From assembly GCA_963708025.1 (NCBI GenBank), contig CAVPSB010000015.1, positions 318,591 through 382,590 on the forward strand: a stretch of 64,000 nt of DNA, read 5' to 3'. The position numbers were made by a program, and so were the translations under genes. This DNA comes from an uncultured Candidatus Rokubacteria bacterium (GTDB taxonomy: Bacteria; Methylomirabilota; Methylomirabilia; Rokubacteriales; DASRDR01). This document shows, piece by piece, positions 56,427 to 64,000 of this stretch. The notes under the pieces are model-generated. The model did not search any database, was not told the origin of the DNA, and saw only the letters and a program-made list of their open reading frames with translations. Positions within the stretch are counted from its first letter, which is position 1. Every line of letters begins with the position of its first letter.

Positions 56427-57842
56427 GTGACGAACCTACCGGCGGCCCACGCGCGGCCCTGGAGTCCGCGACGCTTCGGGCTCTCGCTGAAGCTCGGTCT
56501 CCTGATCATCTCGGTGCTGGCCCTCGCGATCGTTCTGGTGACAGTCCTGCTGCTCCGGCTCGAACAAGAGAGCCTCACCGCCGAGATGATGCAGCGAGGC
56601 CTCACGATGGCGCGGGATCTCGCAGGGAGCGCCAAGACTCATCTCCTCGCCAACGACGACTTGAGCCTCAGTCTGCTCGTACAGGACACGATGAAGGATC
56701 CGGACGTCGTCTACCTCGCGTTCACCGATCCGGGCGGCACGATCGTCGCGCACACCGACCTGAGCCTGATCGGCAAGTCCATCCAGCGTCCGGACGGCCT
56801 CGCGCCGGCCGGTGCGGAGATGCAGGCTCGGCCGTACACTCACCCGGCGCACGGGCGGCTCTTCGAGTTCACCACGTCGCTGAGCTTCAGCGAGGTGCCC
56901 CTCGGCGCCCTCTACCTCGGCTTCAGCCGGCGGGCGATCGACGTAGCCCTCGGGCGGGCACGGAACCAGGCGATCCTCGTCAGCGGCATCATGGCCCTGG
57001 TCGGCATCGCCGGGGCCATGACCCTCTCCATCCTCGTGTCGCGCCCCGTGCTGCGGCTCGCCGAGGCGACGCGGGCGATCGCCGCCGGCGATTATCAGGT
57101 TTCGCTGCCCGTTCCTGCCCGGGATGAGATCGGGCTCCTGACGATGTCGTTCAATCGGATGGCCAAGAGTCTCCGCGAGAAGGAGATGATCAAGCGTGCC
57201 TTCACGCGCTATGTCGCCCGCGAAGTGGTCGACGAGATCCTCAAGCATCCCGAGCGGCCGACGCTCCAGGGCGAGCGCCGCGACGTGACGGTGCTCTTCG
57301 CGGACATGCGTGGGTTCACCGCCCTCACGGAGCGGCTCAGTCCGGAAGAGGTGTTCCTGCTGCTGAACGAGTACTACACGCTGATGATCGAGACCACGTT
57401 CAAGCACGACGGGACGCTCGACCGATTCCTCGGGGATGGAGTCATGGCGATCTTCGGCGCGCCGACCGCGCACCACGACCACTCGCTCCGCGCGATCCGG
57501 ACCGCCGTGGCCGTGCAGGCGGCGATCACCGGGCTGAGCGCGGGGCGGATTCGCGAAGGCCGGGACCCGATCGCGGTGGGAATCGGATGCAGTGCGGGTG
57601 AGGTCGTCGCCGGTACCGTGGGACGGGAGGATCGGCTGGAGTATGCGGTCATCGGCGAGAGCGTCGTCCTCGCCGCTCGACTTCAGTCCCTCGCCAAGCC
57701 GGGTCAGATCCTGATGAGCCACCGGACATATCAGAATGTCGCGGGACTCGTCCGGGTCGAGCCGCTCGGAACGCTCGCCGAGAGCGGCACCCGCGAGCAG
57801 GTGGCGATCTACGAGCTACGGGGCCTGGTCGAGGCCGCATGA
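56427..57842 (+). CDS. Membrane class III nucleotidyl cyclase (TM-sensor-TM-HAMP-cyclase), metal-binding half
   Basis: FADMRGFT, DRFLGDG, GESVVLAARL; HAMP RDEIGLL. Confidence 0.9.
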   Translation: MTNLPAAHARPWSPRRFGLSLKLGLLIISVLALAIVLVTVLLLRLEQESLTAEMMQRGLTMARDLAGSAKTHLLANDDLSLSLLVQDTMKDPDVVYLAFTDPGGTIVAHTDLSLIGKSIQRPDGLAPAGAEMQARPYTHPAHGRLFEFTTSLSFSEVPLGALYLGFSRRAIDVALGRARNQAILVSGIMALVGIAGAMTLSILVSRPVLRLAEATRAIAAGDYQVSLPVPARDEIGLLTMSFNRMAKSLREKEMIKRAFTRYVAREVVDEILKHPERPTLQGERRDVTVLFADMRGFTALTERLSPEEVFLLLNEYYTLMIETTFKHDGTLDRFLGDGVMAIFGAPTAHHDHSLRAIRTAVAVQAAITGLSAGRIREGRDPIAVGIGCSAGEVVAGTVGREDRLEYAVIGESVVLAARLQSLAKPGQILMSHRTYQNVAGLVRVEPLGTLAESGTREQVAIYELRGLVEAA

Positions 57843-57853
57843 AGGGTGGGTCG

Positions 57854-59917
57854 ATGGACAGGCTCGTGGCAGCACGCGCGCTCGCACTCGGCTTGTTGGT
57901 GTGGCTTCTCGCGGCATGCGCCGCGGCGCGTCCGGGCGCGCCGGTTCCCCAGGTCCCCCCGGTGCCGGCGGTGTTCGAGTCAGAAGAGTTCGTCGTGGTG
58001 TTCGCAAAGCCCGACGACACGACCGGGGCCCTGGCCGCCAGGTTCCTCGACGACCCGGCCAAGGCGTGGATGATCGAGGAGTTCAACGAGCTCACCACGC
58101 TGACGCCGGGGCAGGAGGTCGTCATCCCGAAGCGTCCCTGGAATCCGGTCGGGGTGGAGCCGTCCGGCTACCAGCTGGTGCCCGTGCTCTGCTACCACGA
58201 TATCGGGCGGGAACCGAAGGAGAAACTGCGCATCGGCGTCAAGGCCTTCGAGGAGCAGATGCGGTACCTGAAGGCCCAGGGCTACCGCGTCGTGAGCCTG
58301 AAGGACTTCCTCGAGTTCGCCGCCCAGAAGCGGCAGCTGCCCCGAAAGACCGTCGTGCTGACGTTCGACGACGGCTGGAGGTCGTTCCGGCCGTACGCGC
58401 AGCCGATCCTCAAGGAGCTCGGGTTCACGGCGACGCTCTTCATCTATACAGACTTCGTGGGAGGGCGCAGCGCGCTCACCTGGGCGGATCTCCGCGAGCT
58501 CGCGCAGGAGGGGTTCGACATTCAGGCGCACTCCAAGACCCACGAGGACCTGCGACGCCGGCCCGGAGAGTCGGATGCGGACTACGCGCGGCGGATGGAG
58601 GCCGAGCTCGCACAGCCACGCGAGCTGATACGGCGACAGCTCGGGCTGTCCAGCGGCGTCCTGGCCTATCCGTTCGGCGCCCACGACGAACCGCTGGTCA
58701 AGCTGGTGAAGCAGTACGGGTACACGGCGGCATTCGACGTGCGGCGTCAGGGGAATGCCGCCTTCGCAAGGCCTCTCGCCCTGCACCGGAGCCAGATCTA
58801 CGCGAGTATGGGGCTCGAAGACTTCGTCAAGAACCTGAACGTCCTCAGCCAGCCCTCTCCGCCGCCGTCGATGTCGCCCCCGCCGGTGGCGCCAGTGTCG
58901 CCCCCGCTGCGCGAGCGCCTCACCGCCGAGCACCGCGAGCGGGCCCGGGCGCTGGAGCGCTCAGGACGTCTCCGTCGCGCGCTGGACGAGTGGAAGATCG
59001 CGCTCACGATCGACCCGGGCGATCCGGCCGCCCGCGACGGGCAGCACCAGCTCGAGCAGCGGATCGAGGGAGAGACCGCCCGGCGGGTCGAGCAGGGGCG
59101 CCAGGCCCTCGGACGCGGCGATCATGTCGGCGCGCGACGGAACTTCCTGGCTGCGCTCGCCCTGGACCCGCGCCAGGGCGACGCGTTCAGGGCTCTCCAG
59201 AACGACCTCAACGAGCTCCACTTCATCACGCACACCGTGCGGCCCCGGGAGACTCTGGCCGCCATCGCCGAGCGGTATTACGGAGACCGGTCGCGTGCCG
59301 AGGTGATCTGGGAGATCAACGAGCTGCCGCCGGGGGCACGGCTCGCGGCGGGGACGCCTCTGCGGATCCCGGAGATTCCCGGCGTTCCGTTCCGGGAGGA
59401 AGCGCCGGGGACCCGGGCCGAGCTGCCGAAAGACGAGCCCGCCGCGACGGGCGGCGAGCCGCGCGAGGTCAGCCCGCTCCTGGCCCTGGCCCAGGAATCA
59501 CTCGAGAAGGGCGAGTACGGGGTCGCCCTCACCGACGTGGACAAGCTCCTGGCCAGCAACGCGCAGAGCGCCGAGGGCCTCGACCTGAAAAAGGTGATCC
59601 TGTACGGGCTCGGCAAGCAGCAGCTCGACCAGCGGCGCTTCGAGGAGTCGTATCAGACCCTGACCCGTCTCACCAAGCTCGCGCCCGGCTACCAGGATGC
59701 GACCGCGCTCCTGGGGCGAGCGCGCGACCGGCTCGCCCAGCAGCATTACACTCAGGGGGTCCGGCTCTTCCAGGAGGAGCGACTCGAAGCGGCCATTGCC
59801 GAGTGGCAGAAGGTGCTGGAGTACGACCCGCAGCATGCGAACGCGAAGAAGAACATCGACCAGGCCGAGCGGCTGCTCCGAAATCTCCAGCAGCGACGGC
59901 AGCCGCCGAAGCAGTAG
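57854..59917 (+). CDS. Lipoprotein: LysM-like + polysaccharide deacetylase + TPR + LysM + TPR
   Basis: Lipobox LAAC; TFDDG, HSKTH, AYPFG; HTVRPRETLAAIAERYYG; TPR-like helices. Confidence 0.85.
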   Translation: MDRLVAARALALGLLVWLLAACAAARPGAPVPQVPPVPAVFESEEFVVVFAKPDDTTGALAARFLDDPAKAWMIEEFNELTTLTPGQEVVIPKRPWNPVGVEPSGYQLVPVLCYHDIGREPKEKLRIGVKAFEEQMRYLKAQGYRVVSLKDFLEFAAQKRQLPRKTVVLTFDDGWRSFRPYAQPILKELGFTATLFIYTDFVGGRSALTWADLRELAQEGFDIQAHSKTHEDLRRRPGESDADYARRMEAELAQPRELIRRQLGLSSGVLAYPFGAHDEPLVKLVKQYGYTAAFDVRRQGNAAFARPLALHRSQIYASMGLEDFVKNLNVLSQPSPPPSMSPPPVAPVSPPLRERLTAEHRERARALERSGRLRRALDEWKIALTIDPGDPAARDGQHQLEQRIEGETARRVEQGRQALGRGDHVGARRNFLAALALDPRQGDAFRALQNDLNELHFITHTVRPRETLAAIAERYYGDRSRAEVIWEINELPPGARLAAGTPLRIPEIPGVPFREEAPGTRAELPKDEPAATGGEPREVSPLLALAQESLEKGEYGVALTDVDKLLASNAQSAEGLDLKKVILYGLGKQQLDQRRFEESYQTLTRLTKLAPGYQDATALLGRARDRLAQQHYTQGVRLFQEERLEAAIAEWQKVLEYDPQHANAKKNIDQAERLLRNLQQRRQPPKQ

Positions 59918-59930
59918 CTGTCCGATAGCG

Positions 59931-60533
59931 CTACGGGTCGGCGTGCGTATCCAGGGTCGCGACGAAGTGATTCACGATCGCCGGGTCGAACTGGGAGCCC
60001 GCGCCCGTCCGGAGGCGATCGAGCGCCTCCGCCCGGGCCAAGGCGCGGCGATACGGGCGGTCGTGGATCATTGCCTCATAGGCGTCCGCGACCAGGATGA
60101 TGCGCGACGGCAGCGGGATCGCCTCACCGGAGAGGCCGTCGGGGTACCCGCTTCCGTCCACGCGCTCGTGGTGATGGCGGATCGCCCGGGCGATCTCGCC
60201 CAGCGCCGGCGCGCCGGCGAACGCCTCGAAGCCCCTCACCGGATGCACGCGTACCTCCTCCATCTCCTCCTCGGCGAGCGCCGAGGGCTTCCGCAGGACG
60301 TAGGCCGGTGTGGAGAGCATGCCGATGTCGTGAAAGCGGGCCGACAGCGCGAGCACGAAGCGCTCGTGTTCTCCGAGTCCCATCGACTCGCCGACGCGCT
60401 CGCAGTATGCCGCGACGCGGCCGGCGTGTCTGCGCATGTGTGCGTCCGGGCCGGGGATCGCCTCGGCGATCGCCCATACCAGCTGGAGGAGGATCTCGGA
60501 CTTCTGGCGGTCGAGGTTGCCGTTCCACACCAC
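59931..60533 (-). CDS. Stand-alone HD-GYP phosphodiesterase
   Basis: FHDIG, HHHERVDGSGYPDGL, VADAYEAM, QFDP. Confidence 0.9.
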   Translation of the reverse strand: MVWNGNLDRQKSEILLQLVWAIAEAIPGPDAHMRRHAGRVAAYCERVGESMGLGEHERFVLALSARFHDIGMLSTPAYVLRKPSALAEEEMEEVRVHPVRGFEAFAGAPALGEIARAIRHHHERVDGSGYPDGLSGEAIPLPSRIILVADAYEAMIHDRPYRRALARAEALDRLRTGAGSQFDPAIVNHFVATLDTHADP

Positions 60534-60676
60534 GGGCGATGCGGCCCTCCCTGCGCACGTTCCGGCGCGGCGCGTTCAGACGAGACTCTACTGCCACCAT
60601 GGGACGGAGCGCAAGCGCGAAGGGCTGGCCGGTGGCCCGGCGGATCCGGTCACCTTCCCGGGTGGGGTCTCCCTCG

Positions 60677-62092
60677 ATGACCATGACAACCCCGGAACCG
60701 CAGGAGCGGCCCATCCGGCTGTCGCTCAAGCTCAAGCTGAGCGCCTTGATCACTGCGCTCCTGATCCTCACCGTGGCCCTTGTCAGCACGTTTCTCCTTC
60801 GACACACCCAGCAGAGCGTCACGCGGGAGATGACCAAGCGGGGCCTGACGAGCGCTCGTACCCTCGCCAACAGCGCGCGGAGCTCGGTAGTCTCGAACGA
60901 CGAGCTCGCGCTGAGCGTCCTGGTGCGGGAAGCCCTCCGCAACCAGGACGTCGCGTACCTCATCGTGACGGACCTCGATGACAAGGTGCTCGCCCACTCT
61001 GACCTCAGTTGGGTCGGACAGCGCCTCGAGCGCCCCCGAGAGCTGACGGCCGTTCGCGATCAGCCACTGGTCCAGCCCCTCGAGGACCCCCGCCACGGCC
61101 GGCTGCTCGACTTCGCGATGCCGTTGATGTTCAGCCAGGTCCGGCTGGGGGCCCTGTACCTCGGGATCAGCCAGCGCTCCCTCGAGCAGGCCCTCGCGAA
61201 GGCCCGGACCCAGACCACCGTGATCAGCGTCGCCCTGGTCGCACTCGGGATCGGGGCGGCGGTCGCCCTTGCCTCCGTCATGACCCGCCCCGTCCTCCGG
61301 CTCGTCAACGGGACGCGCGCCATCGCCGACGGAGATCTGAACGTCACGCTGCCCGTGCCCTCGGGCGACGAGATCGGGCTCCTGACCGATTGCTTCAACC
61401 AGATGGCGCGGAGTCTCAGGGAGAAGGAGACGATCACGCGGGCCTTCAGTCGGTACGTGGCCCGGCAGGTGGTCGACGAGATCCTGAAGGACCCCGAGCG
61501 GCTCGTCCTCAAGGAGGAACGCCGCGACGTCACCGTCCTCTTTTGCCAGATTCGCGACTTCGTGCCCCTCGCCGAGCAACTGCCGCCCGAGGAGATCGTC
61601 GAGCTCCTCAACGACTTCTACGGCTTGATGATCGACGCGACCTTCGAGCACGAGGGGACCCTCAACGAGTTCTTCGGTGATGGCGTCATGGCCTTCTTCG
61701 GCGCGCCGATTCGCGACGAGGAGCACCCCCTCCACGCGATCCGGACGGCGCTCGCCATGAAAGCGGGCGTCCTCGAGCTCCGGGAGCGGCGTGCCCGGGA
61801 GGGGAAGTTCCCAATCGGGCTGGGGATCGGCCTCGACGCGGGCGAGGTGATCGCCGGGACCGTGGGCACCGAGGACCGCATGAAGTACGCCGTGGTCGGG
61901 GACACGGTCAACCTGGCCGCTCGGCTCGAGAGCAAGGCCCAGGCGGATCAGATCCTCATCACGCGCAGCACCTACGAGCGCGTCAAGGACCGAGTGGACG
62001 CGCGCTCCCTCGGCCTGTACAAGATGAAGGGCAAGCAGCAGGACGTGGAGGTGTTCGAGGTGCTTGGATTCCCCCCGCCGGGACTCGGCTAG
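60677..62092 (+). CDS. Membrane class III nucleotidyl cyclase paralogue, substrate-specifying half
   Basis: FCQIRDF, NEFFGDG, GDTVNLAARL, MKGK; HAMP GDEIGLL. Confidence 0.9.
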   Translation: MTMTTPEPQERPIRLSLKLKLSALITALLILTVALVSTFLLRHTQQSVTREMTKRGLTSARTLANSARSSVVSNDELALSVLVREALRNQDVAYLIVTDLDDKVLAHSDLSWVGQRLERPRELTAVRDQPLVQPLEDPRHGRLLDFAMPLMFSQVRLGALYLGISQRSLEQALAKARTQTTVISVALVALGIGAAVALASVMTRPVLRLVNGTRAIADGDLNVTLPVPSGDEIGLLTDCFNQMARSLREKETITRAFSRYVARQVVDEILKDPERLVLKEERRDVTVLFCQIRDFVPLAEQLPPEEIVELLNDFYGLMIDATFEHEGTLNEFFGDGVMAFFGAPIRDEEHPLHAIRTALAMKAGVLELRERRAREGKFPIGLGIGLDAGEVIAGTVGTEDRMKYAVVGDTVNLAARLESKAQADQILITRSTYERVKDRVDARSLGLYKMKGKQQDVEVFEVLGFPPPGLG

Positions 62093-62291
62093 ACTCCTCG
62101 GGGGTCTCGGGGCCAGAATACCCCGGCCATTCGGGAGGCTCCCCTGTCCTTCGCCCAAGACGAAGCAGGTGGAGCAGCGTGGTGATCATGGACGGCGATT
62201 GTCTCCGGACCAGAGCTGACCGATCAACTAGTTGCCCGCCGGACGGCGGTTGGCGAAGGACAGGGTCCGCTCCGAAGTCCTTACTCTCCAG

Positions 62292-62757
62292 CGCCGCCAC
62301 GTGGATCTCAAGGCGGGCACCCTCCGGCTCGACCCCGGCACTACCAAGAACGGGGAAGGCGGGTCGTCTACCTGACGCCCAAACTCAAGGCGCTCCTCGC
62401 CGAGCAGCTCGAGCGGGCTGATCGCCTTCGAAGACCAGCGGCCGCATCGTCCCGTGGCTCTTTCCCCACCTCCGAGGGCGCCTCGCCGGCATCCGGCGTC
62501 GCACCTTCGGCTCGGTGTGGGATACGGCCTGCGAGAAGGCCGGCGTCCCCGGCCGCATCCTGCACGACTTCCGTCGGACCGCTGTCCGGAACCTCGAGCG
62601 TGCAGGCATTTCGCGCTCCGTCGCGATGAAAATCACCGGCCACAAGACCGAGAGCGTCTATCGGCGGTACGCGATCGTCAGCGACGCCGACCTCCTCCAG
62701 GCCTCTCGGCGCCTCACGGGCATACTTTACGGGCATACAGACCGGTTCCCAGGTTGA
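62292..62757 (+). pseudogene. Tyrosine integrase C-terminal remnant, frameshifted
   Basis: LRLDPGTTKNGEG, LHDFRRTAVRNL, ITGHKT...RY. Confidence 0.85.
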
Positions 62758-62782
62758 CGGGCGCCGCGTAAGTGTGCAGAAT
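62754..62782 (+). promoter_or_regulatory. Promoter of tRNA-Lys
   Basis: TTGACG-17 nt-CAGAAT, 9 nt upstream of the tRNA. Confidence 0.6.
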
Positions 62783-62791
62783 GACGAGCGT

Positions 62792-62868
62792 GAGGCGTTA
62801 GCTCAGCCCGGTAGAGCTCCTGCCTTTTAAGCAGGGAGTCGCTGGTTCGAATCCAGCACGCCTCACCA
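62792..62868 (+). tRNA. tRNA-Lys(UUU)
   Basis: Acceptor stem GAGGCGT/ACGCCTC, anticodon arm CCTGC-CTTTTAA-GCAGG, T arm GCTGG-TTCGAAT-CCAGC, encoded CCA. Confidence 0.97.
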
Positions 62869-63362
62869 CTTCAGAATCGCGCACTTCGCCCGCCCCCCGT
62901 GTCCGATAATTCGCGGCCGCGACCGCGTTTGCTACCACTTTGCTACCACTTCGACCGTCGAGCCGGTCGACGGCGGCCTTGTTCCCCATGGGGAGCCAGC
63001 GCCCGTAGGTGTCCACCGTGAGCTTGATCGAGGCGTGGCCGAGCTGGCGCTGCACGTAGACGGGACTCTCGCCCTGCTGGAGGAGCAGGCTCGCGAACGT
63101 GTGGCGCAGCGAGTGCGGGGTGAAGTGCTCGGGCAGGGCGGCCCGCTTGAGGGTGCGCGCGAACGCCCGGCGGACGTTGGCCACCTGAAGCGGCGTGGCG
63201 GCTTCCGAACAGAAGACCAGCGCCGGCATCTCCCGCCAGCCTCGCCGCAGCGTCTCGGCCTTCCGCTCGGTCTTCAGGTGCTGCAGGACGGCCACCAGCT
63301 CCTTCGACATGTCCACCGTCCGCCCGTGCCCACTCTTCGGGGTGGCCGCTTCGCCGTCCGAC
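62798..63362 (-). pseudogene. Second tyrosine integrase remnant (5'-truncated)
   Basis: TPKSGHGRTVDM, HSLRHTFAS, LGHASI..T..TY. Confidence 0.85.
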
Positions 63363-63966
63363 AGGGCTCAACCGATTGCAGCCGGACACCAAGTGTTGCT
63401 GCCGCACTCTCCATCGCCCTCCAGGCAGACGGCATGCCGGGAAAGTCCGGATACCAAAGGACCGCCACGTGCGATGCTCGGGGCGCGATCTCCTTCACGA
63501 GTTGCAGGTATTTCCCCCATATGTCAGCCGTGACGTCGGCCGTAAGCCCCGTGATGTTTCCACCCGGCCGCGCGAGGCCGGCCACAAAGCCGACGCCTAC
63601 GGGATCGACGCCATACGTCATAATGATCGGGATCCGAGATGTTGCGTGTTTCGCGGCGGAAATGGAAGCATTGTTTCCGGCTATGATTACGTCAACGTTC
63701 AGCGCCGTAAGCTCATTGGCGAGCTCCGAAAGCCGCTCCGTCCGCCCGTCCGCGAACCTATGCTCATAGAGCACGTTCGCACCCTTTACATACCCGAGTT
63801 CCCTTAGACGTTCCTCGAACGCGCTGATGAAGTGAGACGCGCGTTCAGCCGGCGACACCGTGAGGGTACCAATCCGATACGTCTTGCCGGGTTGCTGCGC
63901 CTCGGTGCCGAGCGGCGCAGCGAGGAGGCCGGCGGTTGTCGCCATGAACGCCCGGCGGTCCATCAT
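63363..63966 (-). pseudogene. 3'-truncated ABC substrate-binding protein (PF04392-like)
   Basis: MDRRAF, LRELGYV, LARPGGNITG; breaks after RLQSVE and joins integrase DNA. Confidence 0.75.
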
Positions 63967-64000
63967 TGGATGACCTCATCCGCCCGGGCCAGCACCGAGG
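63963..64000 (-). CDS. C-terminus of another ABC substrate-binding paralogue (runs off window)
   Basis: SVLARADEVIQ*. Confidence 0.7.
   Translation of the reverse strand, partial: SVLARADEVIQ

Noticed and set aside
56427-62092. Pycsar/CBASS-type defence interpretation of the cyclases
   Set aside because: Both are TM-HAMP receptor cyclases and no cyclic-nucleotide-binding effector is adjacent; signalling fits better
63274-63966. Binding-protein/integrase fusion protein
   Set aside because: Out-of-frame deletion junction between two truncated genes
1-64000. CRISPR array, cas genes, rRNA, intact transposase
   Set aside because: No regularly spaced repeat-spacer units or such genes seen; repeats are dispersed and palindromic

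Overview
High-GC bacterial chromosome segment. Gene content (PF04392-type ABC substrate-binding paralogues, UGSC-family gene, LLM and sulfatase-like enzymes) is reminiscent of Candidatus Rokubacteria; this is an inference. 0-12.5 kb is core: pgeF-yggS-proC-yggT-divIVA-yggU-mtnA, then aminotransferase-serA-hisZ-purA, interrupted by a lower-GC three-gene insert (unknown protein, DUF5678-like protein, retropepsin). 15.7-20.9 kb is a DUF4178 / spermidine-synthase-like / FemABX-like / DUF350 operon. 24.8-53.2 kb is a catabolic accessory region with three sugar ABC modules, a sulfonate/nitrate-type ABC transporter, two Thr-type sulfatase-fold enzymes, two enolase-superfamily enzymes, a probable UGSC selenoprotein, a PanE + A-T NRPS islet and a nucleotidyltransferase TA-like pair; it contains many single-base frameshifts. 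53.2-64 kb is an integration hotspot at tRNA-Lys with tRNA fragments, arm-type repeats and two integrase remnants. Its cargo is a transketolase-like gene and the best candidate for a new system: two paralogous membrane class III cyclases with reciprocally degenerate active sites (predicted obligate heterodimer, guanylyl-cyclase-like specificity) flanking a deacetylase-TPR-LysM lipoprotein and an HD-GYP gene. Several structured intergenic repeat families with compensatory base changes are present. No CRISPR array or rRNA was seen. All family assignments are from motif recognition by eye, not database searches.
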